A stretch of DNA of 64,000 nt from Candidatus Fervidifonticultor secundus. Lineage in GTDB: Bacteria; Sysuimicrobiota; Sysuimicrobiia; Sysuimicrobiales; Humicultoraceae. The DNA is taken from positions 25,432 to 89,431 of the forward strand of contig JAVKIP010000012.1 of assembly GCA_031459385.1 (NCBI GenBank). Direction: 5' to 3'. Shown here piece after piece: positions 1 to 9,320 of this stretch. Position 1 is the stretch's first letter. Every line of letters starts with the position of its first letter. The notes beneath the pieces were generated by a model. That model was given only the letters and a program-made list of their open reading frames with translations. It made no database searches and was not told the origin of the DNA. Position numbers and translations under genes: made by a program.

Positions 1-750
1 CACTGCCCGCGCCAGCGCCGCAGGGGCGGGGCTATCCCAGATGCGGTGAGCGAACATGACGCCGGCGCCACCCGCACGCAGCACACCATCGACGGTGCGC
101 AGCGTGCCTGCGGGTGTTGGGGGCAGCGGGCTCTCCTCGATGATGACCGGGCGCGGACAGGTGGCGACGGCCAGGCCGAACGCCTCGGGCGTCCCAGGGT
201 AGTCGCTCTTGACGAGATCGCCCCCGAGCTCGGCACCAACCCGGCAGACGTACGCCACGCGTTCGGGGTCGAACTGGTGACGCGGGTGCGGATTGACCAG
301 CGGCACCAGCGGCATCCCGTACGCCGCGCACTCCTCCGCGATGCGCCCGAGTTGCATGAGCAGCTCGCCATCGTGCGGGGTGCCCAGGAAGCAGTTCACC
401 GCCACGGCCGAGGCGCCGAGCGCCACCGCGCGGCGGACCGACGTCACCTGCACGCGTCGGGTGCCATCGGCGGTCTCATGTGCGGCGGTCGTGAGCTTCA
501 CGATGAGGCCGGCGCGACCGACAAAGGCCGGCAGGCAGACGTCGACCAGGCCCTCGTGCACGAGCAGCGCGTCGGCGCCTGCGTCCACGAAGAGGCGCGC
601 CGTCGCCACCGGATCGCGCAGACCCGGCAGCAGCCCGCGCGGGATGAAGACGTCTAGCGCGCCGATGAACGTGCGGCCGTCTGGCCGCAGGATGCTGGCC
701 AGCCGGACGGCCTTGCCCGTCTCCAGGGTGCCTACCCCCGCTGCAGCCAC
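1..750 (-). CDS. Divergent class I aldolase, DhnA/FbaB/LsrF-like (3' end runs off the window)
   Basis: Not in the ORF track. Hand translation from GTG 750: ...ETGKAVRLASILRPDGRTFIGALDVF...AGADALLVHEG...GLIVKLT...VRRAVALGASAVAVN...IAEECAAYGMPLV...RVGAELGGDLVKSDYPG..., matching the DhnA-type pattern with the Schiff-base Lys in DLVKSDY. Confidence 0.8.
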   Translation of the reverse strand, partial: MAAAGVGTLETGKAVRLASILRPDGRTFIGALDVFIPRGLLPGLRDPVATARLFVDAGADALLVHEGLVDVCLPAFVGRAGLIVKLTTAAHETADGTRRVQVTSVRRAVALGASAVAVNCFLGTPHDGELLMQLGRIAEECAAYGMPLVPLVNPHPRHQFDPERVAYVCRVGAELGGDLVKSDYPGTPEAFGLAVATCPRPVIIEESPLPPTPAGTLRTVDGVLRAGGAGVMFAHRIWDSPAPAALARAV

Positions 751-2285
751 GGCCAGTCCGCTGGCGGCGTGGCGAATCGGTTCATCTCTGGCACCTCGCG
801 CTGGCACCGTTCGTAGACTTGCCACAGGATGGGCTCGAGCCGGCGGCTGGCGGCGTACGCCCGATCCACCATCGCCGCGAACCCCGGTAGGTGCCCGGCG
901 ATCTCGGCGTAGACCGCCGCCGCATCCACGGTCACCACCCGCCCGCCGTCCACCACCAGGCGGCCGCCGACGAACACCTTGTCCACGTCGCGCCCCGACT
1001 GACAGTAGACCAGGTGGTTGGCGGGCACGTGCCAGGGAATGAACGCCGGCGCATCCAGGCGTAGCAGCACCACGTCGGCGTACGCGCCGGGCGCCAGTAT
1101 CCCCACCTGGCCCTGCAGCAGGGTGCTGCGCGCCCCGCCGCGCAGCGTCGCGTCCAGCACGTCGCGGGCCGACGGCCAGGCCTCCGCCACCGGCGAGGCG
1201 ATCTTGTGGAGGAGGGCCGCGCACTTCATGACCTCGAACATGTTGAACGTGTCGTTGCTGCTGGCACCGTCGGTGCCCAGGCACAGCGGCACGCCGGCCC
1301 GCCGCAGCGCGTGGTACCGCAGGAGGCCGCTGCCGAGTTTGAGGTTGCTGATGGGGTTGTGCGCCACGGCGGTCCCGGCGGCGGCCAGCAGGTCGATGTC
1401 CTGGTCGGTGAGCCAGATGCCGTGCGCGATCGTCAGACGGTCGGACAGCACGCCCAGGTCGGCCAGATAGGCCACCACCGTTTTGCCGTAGAACGCGCGG
1501 CCGGTTGCGACCTGCACCTTGGTCTCCAGCGCATGGGTCAGCAGCGGTACTCGCCACCGCCGCGAGAGGTCGTCCAGGGCGAGGATCAGCTCGGGCGTGC
1601 AGCGCTGCGGGGCAGACGCCGAGAGGGCGATGCGGATGCGTCCGTCGCGGCCGTGCCAGGCCTCCAGCAGCGTCTCGGCCAGGGCGACCAGTTCGCGCGT
1701 CGATTGCACGGGCGCGGCCCCGAGCGCGTCGCGCGCCCAGGCCGGCAGCAGCGCGGCCAGGTACGGGAGCTTCGCCTCGTAGGGCACATCGGTCATGTTG
1801 CAGGCGACGCTGGCCCGCACGCCCACGTCCAGGTAGGCCTGGAGCACCGCCTGACTGCCGGCGACGGTGGCCAGGGGCGCTTCGGACACGTCGTCCTGAA
1901 CCGTGGTCACCCCCGACTGCAGCGCCTCGATGCCCGCCAGGAGCGTGCGCAGGTAGATCAACCGCTCCGGCACCGGGCCGTAGCCCAGGGGCGGGAGCGA
2001 GTACAGCATCCACACTTCCAGCGGCATGCCATCCAGCAGGCCGCGGAAGAGCGTCTCGTCGGAGTGCATGTGGGCGTTGATCAGCCCCGGCATCGCCAGG
2101 CGGCCGCGCGCGTCGACGACCTGCGCCCCTGGCGCCTCGATGCGCGGGCCCACGGCCGCGATCCGCTCGCCGGTGAGCAGCAGGTCGCCCTCGGGGTAGA
2201 CGACATCGTGCCCGTCGCAGGTCACGATGCGCGCGCCGCGGATGAGCGTGCTCGCCGGGCTCCCGCCCGGCGCCGCAGCGGTCAC
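732..2285 (-). CDS. Metal-dependent amidohydrolase, heterocycle deaminase-like (MTA/SAH deaminase, AtzA/TriA group)
   Basis: PGLINAHMHS, THALET (HxxE), AHGIWL, HNPISNLKLGSG and LGTDG motifs. Confidence 0.85.
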   Translation of the reverse strand: MTAAAPGGSPASTLIRGARIVTCDGHDVVYPEGDLLLTGERIAAVGPRIEAPGAQVVDARGRLAMPGLINAHMHSDETLFRGLLDGMPLEVWMLYSLPPLGYGPVPERLIYLRTLLAGIEALQSGVTTVQDDVSEAPLATVAGSQAVLQAYLDVGVRASVACNMTDVPYEAKLPYLAALLPAWARDALGAAPVQSTRELVALAETLLEAWHGRDGRIRIALSASAPQRCTPELILALDDLSRRWRVPLLTHALETKVQVATGRAFYGKTVVAYLADLGVLSDRLTIAHGIWLTDQDIDLLAAAGTAVAHNPISNLKLGSGLLRYHALRRAGVPLCLGTDGASSNDTFNMFEVMKCAALLHKIASPVAEAWPSARDVLDATLRGGARSTLLQGQVGILAPGAYADVVLLRLDAPAFIPWHVPANHLVYCQSGRDVDKVFVGGRLVVDGGRVVTVDAAAVYAEIAGHLPGFAAMVDRAYAASRRLEPILWQVYERCQREVPEMNRFATPPADWPWLQRG

Positions 2286-3121
2286 GACAGGCGCGGCCGG
2301 CGCTCGCCGACCATGCGCATGACCTGACCGACCCCGGCCAGGCGGTGCACGAGGAACAGCACGACGAACGACGCCGCGATCATGGTGGTCGAGACCGCGG
2401 CGACGACCGGGTCGATGTCCGAGACCAGCAGCTGGAAGAGCCGCATCGGCAGCGTCTCCTGCCGCTGCCCGGCCACGAAGATCGACAGGGCCAGGTTGTC
2501 GAACGACTCGATGAACGCGAAACCGGCACCGACGGCCAGGCCCGGGCCCAGCAGCGGCAGCGTTACGTGCCGGAGGATCTGCCAGCGGGTCGCGCCGAGG
2601 TTCGCCGCGGCCTCCTCGAGGGCGGGGTCGACCTGCACCAGGGCCGCGGCGCTGGTGCGGACGACGTAGGGGAAGGTGATCAACATGTGGCTCACCACCA
2701 GCGTGCCCAGCGAGAGCCGCACACCGAGGAAGCCGAAGAAGAACAGCAGCGCGATGCCGAGCACGATCGACGGCAGCATGATGGGCGCCAGGGTGAACGT
2801 GAGGAGGACGTCGCGGCCACGGAAGCGCCCGCGCACCAGCGGGAACGCCGTGAGCACGCCCAGGCCCGCGGCGCCGGCCATGGCCAGCGCGGCCACGACC
2901 AGACTCGTCCGGGCGGCCCGCAGGATCTCCGGGCTGGCTGCCAGCCGGGCGTACCAGCGCAGCGAGAACCCCTCCGGCGGAAAGCTGAGGTACGCGGCGC
3001 TGGTGAAGGACGCCAGCACGACCACCAGGGTCGGCAGGACCAGCAGCACGCCCGCCAGCGCGGCCACCGCCCCCAGGAGGAGCGCGGTGGCGCCATCACC
3101 CACGAGGTGCAGGCGTCTCAC
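2282..3121 (-). CDS. ABC transporter permease, PotC-like
   Basis: FPPEGFSLRWY and an EAA loop (LEEAAANLGA); GTG 3121 overlaps the stop of the upstream gene. Confidence 0.9.
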   Translation of the reverse strand: MRRLHLVGDGATALLLGAVAALAGVLLVLPTLVVVLASFTSAAYLSFPPEGFSLRWYARLAASPEILRAARTSLVVAALAMAGAAGLGVLTAFPLVRGRFRGRDVLLTFTLAPIMLPSIVLGIALLFFFGFLGVRLSLGTLVVSHMLITFPYVVRTSAAALVQVDPALEEAAANLGATRWQILRHVTLPLLGPGLAVGAGFAFIESFDNLALSIFVAGQRQETLPMRLFQLLVSDIDPVVAAVSTTMIAASFVVLFLVHRLAGVGQVMRMVGERRPRLS

Positions 3122-3969
3122 CGCTCGGCCCACCCCAGCCCCAGGCGGCGCACGAGCGCGGTGTAGAGGCCGACCACGACCAGCGAAGTACCCAGCAGCA
3201 CGAGCGAGATCGCCGACAGGATGCCCCAGTCCAGGGACTGCTGGGTCTGCTGGTAGATCAGGGTGGGGAGAATGATGAAGGTCCCCCCACCTACCAGCGC
3301 CGGCGTCGTGAACGAGGCGAAGGCCAGCACGAAGACCAGCGCCGACCCGGCCAGGATGCCCGGCAGGCTCAGGGGCAGGACGACGTGGCGGATGGCCTGG
3401 GCACGCGAGGCCCCGAGCCCCCGCGCCGCATCGTACAGCGACGGATTCTGCCGGACCAGCACGCTGATGATCGGCAGCACCATGAAGGGCAGCATCACCT
3501 GCGCCAGGGCGATCACGACCCCCTGCATGGTGAAGAGGAGGCGCAGCGGCTCGTCGATGATCCCGAGGCCGCGCAGCAGGTCGTTCAGCAACCCCCGGCG
3601 CCCCAGGATCACCAGCCATCCGTACGACCGGACGACCGTGCCGGTGAGAATCGGCGAGAGCACCAGCACCAGCAGCACGGTCTGCCAGGCCGGCGACATC
3701 CGCGTGAAGACGTAGGCGTACGGGAAGCCCAGGACGGCGCACGCCAGGGTGACCGTCGCAGCCATGCCCACCGTCCGCAGCGTGATCCTGAGGTAGAACG
3801 GGTCGGTCACGTAGCGCAGCGGGGGCGCCAGGTTCGGCGCCTCCCAGACGATGGTCCCCCCGCGCACCGGGAAGACGCCGATGGCGGCCAGCAGTACCAG
3901 AGGCAGCACGAACAGCCCCGCCAGCAGCAGCAGCGCCGGTGCGAGCAGCGCCGGTGACCGGCCCACCAT
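3118..3969 (-). CDS. ABC transporter permease, PotB-like
   Basis: VVRSYGWLVILGRRGLLN, LPFMVLPI and an EAA-like loop (YDAARGLGAS). Confidence 0.9.
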   Translation of the reverse strand: MVGRSPALLAPALLLLAGLFVLPLVLLAAIGVFPVRGGTIVWEAPNLAPPLRYVTDPFYLRITLRTVGMAATVTLACAVLGFPYAYVFTRMSPAWQTVLLVLVLSPILTGTVVRSYGWLVILGRRGLLNDLLRGLGIIDEPLRLLFTMQGVVIALAQVMLPFMVLPIISVLVRQNPSLYDAARGLGASRAQAIRHVVLPLSLPGILAGSALVFVLAFASFTTPALVGGGTFIILPTLIYQQTQQSLDWGILSAISLVLLGTSLVVVGLYTALVRRLGLGWAER

Positions 3970-3970
3970 G

Positions 3971-5017
3971 CTAGCGCCCGAACTCCCGGTTGAAGCGGTC
4001 AGTCCAGGCCTGCCGGCTCCGGTTGATGGTCGTCCAGTCCAGAGCCAGCAGCTGCTCCACCTCCTCGGGACGGGTCGGCAGGTAACGGCGCATCGCCGCC
4101 GGCAGGTTCACACCGCTGTTGGTGGGGCCGAAGAAGTACGGCGCCACCGCCGCTTTGAGCTGATAGTCCTTGCTGATGGCTTCGTTGATGAACTGCGCCA
4201 CCAGCTGCGGCTGCCGCGTGTTGGTCACGGCGTTCATGACCGACATGACCACCACCGCGCCTTCCTTCGGCACGACCCAGTCCACGGGCAGCCCCTTCTC
4301 CCGCAGGGTGAGGATCGTGTTGTTCCACAGCGGGCCGATCGCCACCTCATCGCGCTCGAACAGGGCCGCCAGAGCCCCGGGGCGGGGGGCCACCGCCGAG
4401 ACGCTGCCCATCAGGGTCCGGTAGGCGGCGAAGCCGGGCTCGATGTTGTCCTCCCCGCCGCCGTGCAGGCGGGCCAGCATCACCAGGAAGGCGACTCCGA
4501 GGGAGCTGTTGAGGTTCACGGTGCCCACCTGTCCCTTGAACGCGGGCTTGAACAGGTCCCGCCACGACGTGGGCGGCGTCCGCACCTTCCGCGTATTGTA
4601 GGCCAGGCCGACCACCGAGTAGGCCTGCGGCACGCCGTAGCCGCGGGTCACCCGGCGGTACGCGGGGTAGACCTGCGCCAGGTTGGGGATGGTCTTCTCG
4701 TCCAGACCCTGCACGATGCCGTCCGCGGCGGCCTGCAGGTGCGGCCCCTCGTCGAGCACGATGACGTCGAAGGGCGGCGCCGCCGGCGATGCCTTGATCT
4801 TGGCGATCACCTCCAGCGACAGCGACGGGACCAGCGTCACCCGGGCGCCCGTGCGGCGCTCGAACGGGTCGGCCAGGAACCAGCGGAACGGCTCGTCAAG
4901 CTGCCCGCCGTAGGACGACATCACGATCTCGGGGGTTGGCGCCGCGGGTAGCCCCCCGGGCGCGAGGGCCACCCACGCCAGCACCACCACCAGCCCCGCC
5001 AGCAACATCGATCGCAT
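3971..5017 (-). CDS. ABC transporter substrate-binding protein (PotD/SBP_bac_6-8-like)
   Basis: Signal peptide; GLAYNT..PTSWRDL and VVPKEGA motifs; GGAGG RBS 7 nt before ATG 5017. Confidence 0.9.
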   Translation of the reverse strand: MRSMLLAGLVVVLAWVALAPGGLPAAPTPEIVMSSYGGQLDEPFRWFLADPFERRTGARVTLVPSLSLEVIAKIKASPAAPPFDVIVLDEGPHLQAAADGIVQGLDEKTIPNLAQVYPAYRRVTRGYGVPQAYSVVGLAYNTRKVRTPPTSWRDLFKPAFKGQVGTVNLNSSLGVAFLVMLARLHGGGEDNIEPGFAAYRTLMGSVSAVAPRPGALAALFERDEVAIGPLWNNTILTLREKGLPVDWVVPKEGAVVVMSVMNAVTNTRQPQLVAQFINEAISKDYQLKAAVAPYFFGPTNSGVNLPAAMRRYLPTRPEEVEQLLALDWTTINRSRQAWTDRFNREFGR

Positions 5018-5029
5018 CACCGCACCTCC

Positions 5030-6097
5030 TCATGCGTCCCGGCGCGCGCCGGGCGGAGTGCCGTACCGGTACTTGCGCGAGACCTCGTACCGCGCGCTGC
5101 CACGCAGGTGGGACCGCCGGTCGGGATCCAGCCCCCGGGCCCGCGCCGCCCAGTACGCCAGCCACTGAAGCGGCACCGCGGCGACCAGCGGCGAGGCCCA
5201 CGGCGCCACCTCCGGCAGCGAGAGGTGGACGTCCCCCCCCGGCGCCCCGCCGACGAGCCAGACCGGCACGCCCAGCTCGTGCAGGTGCAAGGCCGCGGCC
5301 GCCGCCCGCTGGGACGATGGCGCATCGTGCGCGACCAGGACGACGGGCTGCTCGGTCCGCACCACCCAGTGGTGCTCGTGAAAGAACTCCTCGGTCTCGT
5401 GGGCGATCCCGACGATGTCGGCGACCTCCACCAGCTTGGCCGCGCCGTAGCGCGCCGTGGCCTCCTGGCATCCCATCCCCAGGACATGCCAGATCGCCGT
5501 CGGCGCGTGGGCGCCCACGGCACCCCGAATCGCCCCTTCCAGGGCCAGCGCGGCTGGGAGGGCAGCCACGGCGGCGCGCAGGTCGCCTGCGGGGGCGCTG
5601 TCCGGCACCACCGCCAGCAGCATCAGGACCAGCAGCGAGGCGGTGTAGGTCACGGTGCCGGCCAGGAACGGCGCCGGCTCGGCGATCCCCAGCGCGACGA
5701 CCCGATCGGCTTCCCGCGCCAGCGGGCTCGCCGGCGCGTTGGTCACGGCCAGCACGCGGGCGCCGCGGGTCCGCGCCACACGCGCCGCAGCCACCGACGC
5801 GCCCACGGCGCCGGAGGCAGACAACACGATGACCAGATCGTCGGGCCCCAGGTCGGCGGGCGGATAGGCGGCCAGCTCCTGGGCCAGCAGCGGCTGGTAG
5901 GGCACGCCGGCGTACCGCCGGAACACGTCGGCGGCGGCGAGCGGCGCGAAGTAGGAGTCTCCATGCCCGGTGGCCCAGAGGCGGCGGGCGCCTGCTGCGG
6001 CGACGCCGGCCGTGGCGCGGATCTCGTCGTGGCGCGCGAGCAGGGCCTCCAGCGCGTCGGGCTGGCTCTGGATCTGCGCGCGCATCGGCCCGCTCAC
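5030..6097 (-). CDS. Double-SIS-domain protein (GlmS isomerase domain / FrlB deglycase-like)
   Basis: MRAQIQSQPDAL, TGHGDSYFA, LSASG, AVTNAPASPLA, AAKLVEV and EEFFHE motifs. Confidence 0.85.
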   Translation of the reverse strand: MSGPMRAQIQSQPDALEALLARHDEIRATAGVAAAGARRLWATGHGDSYFAPLAAADVFRRYAGVPYQPLLAQELAAYPPADLGPDDLVIVLSASGAVGASVAAARVARTRGARVLAVTNAPASPLAREADRVVALGIAEPAPFLAGTVTYTASLLVLMLLAVVPDSAPAGDLRAAVAALPAALALEGAIRGAVGAHAPTAIWHVLGMGCQEATARYGAAKLVEVADIVGIAHETEEFFHEHHWVVRTEQPVVLVAHDAPSSQRAAAAALHLHELGVPVWLVGGAPGGDVHLSLPEVAPWASPLVAAVPLQWLAYWAARARGLDPDRRSHLRGSARYEVSRKYRYGTPPGARRDA

Positions 6098-7041
6098 TGC
6101 GTGTGCTCCAGCACCCAGCGCCACCGCCGGTCGCGCTCGGTGGGATCGGCCAGGATCAGGCCCGCGAGGCCGAAGCGCTCCACCGCGAAGGAAGCCGACA
6201 CCGCCCCGCAGGCGGCTGCCTGGACCACGTCGCGGCCATCCAGCAGACCGGCGAGCATCCCGCCACAGAACGCGTCGCCCGCACCAGTGGGATCCCGGGC
6301 GCGCACCGGCACCGCGGGCACGACGTGGCGGCGGCCGGCCCCGTCGCCGACCAGCGCGCCGTGGCGGCCCAGTTTGATCACCGTGGCCCGGCGCGCAAGC
6401 GGCGCCAGCTGCGCCAGCGCCTCGTGGGGCGAGAGCTGCGGATATCGGGCCCGAACTTCCTCCCGGCTGGGCAGGAAGACGGCCACCGGTTCCAGCAGCG
6501 CCCGGAGCGCGTCGGGGCTCGCGTCGCCCATCAGGTGCGGGGACGGGTCCAGGGTGAGCGGGTCCATGTGGGCCAGCGCCCCCACCAGCGCGCGCTGCAC
6601 CTCCGGGGGCAGCGGTGCCAGGTGCGCGGCGCGGGCGCGGAGGTAGCGCGGCGGCAGGTGCGCCGGCGACAGCCGCAGCTGGCGGATCGGCTCGCCGGTG
6701 TCAGCCGGCAGGTAGGGCTGTGGGGCACCCCTGGTATCGGGCGCCCACAGGCGCTGCGTGCGCTCGCCGTCGGCACCATAGAAGAACTCGGTAACCGACG
6801 CCGGCACGTTCACCGGAACGAGCCCCTCGGTGTCGATCTCCAACGCCGCCAGCACGTCGGCCCAGCGCGCGGGCAGGCCCGTGCCGCAAAACGCCACCAC
6901 GCCGGCGCGCAGGCCCCAGATGTGCGCGCCCGCCGCGGCGTAGATCGCGTTGCCGCCCAGCTGGCGCCCGGCGGTCGTGCCGTCGGCCGCGTACACGATG
7001 TCGACCGTGCACCCGCCGGCGGTGATCAGATCGAGCCTCAT
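6094..7041 (-). CDS. PfkB-family carbohydrate kinase
   Basis: GGNAIYAAAG N-terminal motif, VIKLGRHGA and the DPTGAGDAFCGG PfkB signature. Confidence 0.9.
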   Translation of the reverse strand: MRLDLITAGGCTVDIVYAADGTTAGRQLGGNAIYAAAGAHIWGLRAGVVAFCGTGLPARWADVLAALEIDTEGLVPVNVPASVTEFFYGADGERTQRLWAPDTRGAPQPYLPADTGEPIRQLRLSPAHLPPRYLRARAAHLAPLPPEVQRALVGALAHMDPLTLDPSPHLMGDASPDALRALLEPVAVFLPSREEVRARYPQLSPHEALAQLAPLARRATVIKLGRHGALVGDGAGRRHVVPAVPVRARDPTGAGDAFCGGMLAGLLDGRDVVQAAACGAVSASFAVERFGLAGLILADPTERDRRWRWVLEHTQ

Positions 7042-8114
7042 GTCGCGAAGACCGTGCACGCTTGCGGGTCGGCCAGGACCACGCCGACCGCCTCGCCCAG
7101 GGCGAACGTCCGCGCGTCGGGGGAGCGCACCGCGGTGATCTTCAGCCGCACCCCGCTCGTGGCCTCGACCTCGTATTCCAGCAGCGGCCCGATGGGGCGC
7201 ACGAAGCTGACCGCCCCGGGCAGCCCCCCAGGCTCGCCGGCAGAACCCAGGCGGAGGTTCTCGGGCCGCACCACCAGCGTCGCGCGCTGGCCCGGCCGCA
7301 GGTCGCCAGCCAGCGGCACCAGGAACGTGACGCCGGGGTGGCGGAGGCGCACCGCACCCGGCGTGACCTCGACGACCTCCACGGGGATGAAGTTGCTGCC
7401 GCCGACGAAGTCCGCCACGAAGGGATCCCGGGGGTTGTCGTAGATCTCGGTCGGTCCGCCGCTCTGCACGATGCGGCCGGCGCTCATCACGGCGATCAGG
7501 TCGGACATCGTCAGCGCCTCTTCCTGGTCGTGCGTCACGAACACGGTGGTGATGCCCAGCTGCCGGATGATCTTCTTCACGTCCACCTGCATCTGCAGCC
7601 GGAGCTTGCGGTCCAGGGCGCCGAACGGCTCATCCAGCAGCAGCACGCGCGGCTGGATCGCCAGCGCGCGCGCCAGCGCCACACGCTGCTGCTGTCCACC
7701 CGAGAGCTGGTGCGGGTAGCGGTGCCGCAGCTCCTGCAGCCCCACCAGCGCCAGCATCTCGTCGGTGCGGCGCGCCACCAGGTCGGCGGGCGCGTGCCGC
7801 ATCCGCAGGCCGAAGGACACGTTCCGCTCGACGGTCATGTGGGGGAACAGCGCGTAGTTCTGGAAGACCATGCCGACCTGGCGCCGGTTGGAAGGCACGT
7901 GGGTGATCACCTCGCCCCCCAGGAGCACATCGCCCGCATCAGGCATGATGAACCCGGCGACCAGCCGCAGCAGCGTCGTCTTGCCGCAGCCCGAGGGGCC
8001 GAGCAGGGTGACGAACCGACCGGCGGGCACCGTAAACGAAAGATCGTCGAGCGCCGTCGTCTCGCCGAACCGCTTGGTGACCTCCCGCAGTTCCACGTCC
8101 ACGGGTGCGATCAC
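7038..8114 (-). CDS. ABC transporter ATP-binding protein, PotA-like with TOBE domain
   Basis: Walker A GPSGCGKT, LSGGQQQR signature, LLLDEP, VTHDQEEA. Confidence 0.95.
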   Translation of the reverse strand: MIAPVDVELREVTKRFGETTALDDLSFTVPAGRFVTLLGPSGCGKTTLLRLVAGFIMPDAGDVLLGGEVITHVPSNRRQVGMVFQNYALFPHMTVERNVSFGLRMRHAPADLVARRTDEMLALVGLQELRHRYPHQLSGGQQQRVALARALAIQPRVLLLDEPFGALDRKLRLQMQVDVKKIIRQLGITTVFVTHDQEEALTMSDLIAVMSAGRIVQSGGPTEIYDNPRDPFVADFVGGSNFIPVEVVEVTPGAVRLRHPGVTFLVPLAGDLRPGQRATLVVRPENLRLGSAGEPGGLPGAVSFVRPIGPLLEYEVEATSGVRLKITAVRSPDARTFALGEAVGVVLADPQACTVFAT

Positions 8115-8162
8115 TCCCTCCGGCGCGGCTCCTGCCGGCGTGGCACGCCGGCCGCCCCGCGC

Positions 8163-9320
8163 TCAGGCCTGCTGCAGCCCCCGGATGGCGCTGGCGCGGA
8201 TCAGGCGGCCGCCGTCGCGCCGGCGCAGGGGCACCACGGGCTGACCGCGGTGGAGCGCCAGCGCGATGCCCAGCACCTGCAGGGGGACGACGTAGGGGAG
8301 CGGCGCGTAGCCCTCCCACACGTCGCCGTCTACCGCCAGCACCGCGGCCGCCGCGGCGCACACGGCTGTCTCCTGCGGGCTCGTGACGGCAATGGCCACG
8401 CCGCCGTCGGCACGAATCGCCTCCAGGATCTCGGCGCCACGGTCTGTGCTGTCGCCCGGCGGGAGGACGGCGACCGCCCGGGTGCGGGCGCCCTCCACCA
8501 TGGTGAGGAAGTACTCGAGGTGGGCCCACTCTTCCAGGTGCTGGGGCACCCCGCACATCGGCACTTCCTCCACGACTTTGGCCGCGCCGAAGAGCGCCGT
8601 GCCGTAGGCTGGCCCGGCGCCCAGATAGTAAATGCGCTCGGCGTCGCCCACGAGCGCCAGCACCGGGGTCACCGCGTCTTGGGCGATCTGCAGCGTCCGC
8701 TGCGCCAGCACAGCAGCGGCCTCGACCGCCTGCTCCTCCCGCGCGACCTCGCGCTCGGTGAGCCGGCCGCGCGCCAGGCCCAGGGACCAGGCGAGGGCGA
8801 ACAGCGCCACCAGCGTCCCGACGTACTCCCTCAGGTGGCGCGCGACACGGGCCGTGGGCCCCGCTGGCCCGCCGGCGGCGACGACCGGCCGGGCGACGCC
8901 CGCAGCCGCCAGCCGGTGCAGCGGCGAATCGGGCGCACCGGTCAGGGCCAGCGTGCGCGCCCCGGCTCGCGCTGCCAGCGCCACCGACTCCAGGACCCGC
9001 GACGTGGTTCCGGAGTTCGACACGCCTACCACGGCCACGTCAGGCCCGAAGCCTGCAGCCGCATAGCGTCCGCACTCCAGTGCGTCCATCGGCTCGCAGG
9101 GGAGCCCGGCGAAGCGCTCGACGGCGAGCCGCGCGGCTACCGCCGCGAACAGCGAATCGCCGCACCCGCTGATCACCAGGCGTCGGATACTACCCGCGCC
9201 CGCCGCCTGCAGCGCGGTTGCCCACCCTGCGCGCGCGTCCCGGGTTGTCTGACGCACCAGCGCCGGCAGGTCGAAGGCGCGCGCGAATACGGCCAGCCGC
9301 TCCTCTACGCCGCCGGTCAT
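8163..9320 (-). CDS. Second double-SIS-domain protein (sugar-phosphate isomerase/deglycase-like)
   Basis: SGCGDSLFA, VSNSGTTSRV, LGAGPAYGTALFGAAKVVE and EEWAHLEYF motifs; ATG 9320 overlaps the upstream stop. Confidence 0.85.
   Translation of the reverse strand: MTGGVEERLAVFARAFDLPALVRQTTRDARAGWATALQAAGAGSIRRLVISGCGDSLFAAVAARLAVERFAGLPCEPMDALECGRYAAAGFGPDVAVVGVSNSGTTSRVLESVALAARAGARTLALTGAPDSPLHRLAAAGVARPVVAAGGPAGPTARVARHLREYVGTLVALFALAWSLGLARGRLTEREVAREEQAVEAAAVLAQRTLQIAQDAVTPVLALVGDAERIYYLGAGPAYGTALFGAAKVVEEVPMCGVPQHLEEWAHLEYFLTMVEGARTRAVAVLPPGDSTDRGAEILEAIRADGGVAIAVTSPQETAVCAAAAAVLAVDGDVWEGYAPLPYVVPLQVLGIALALHRGQPVVPLRRRDGGRLIRASAIRGLQQA

Noticed and set aside
200..235. Suspected frameshift in the aldolase at the C5 run
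   Set aside because: Recounting gives ELGGDLVKSDY in frame.
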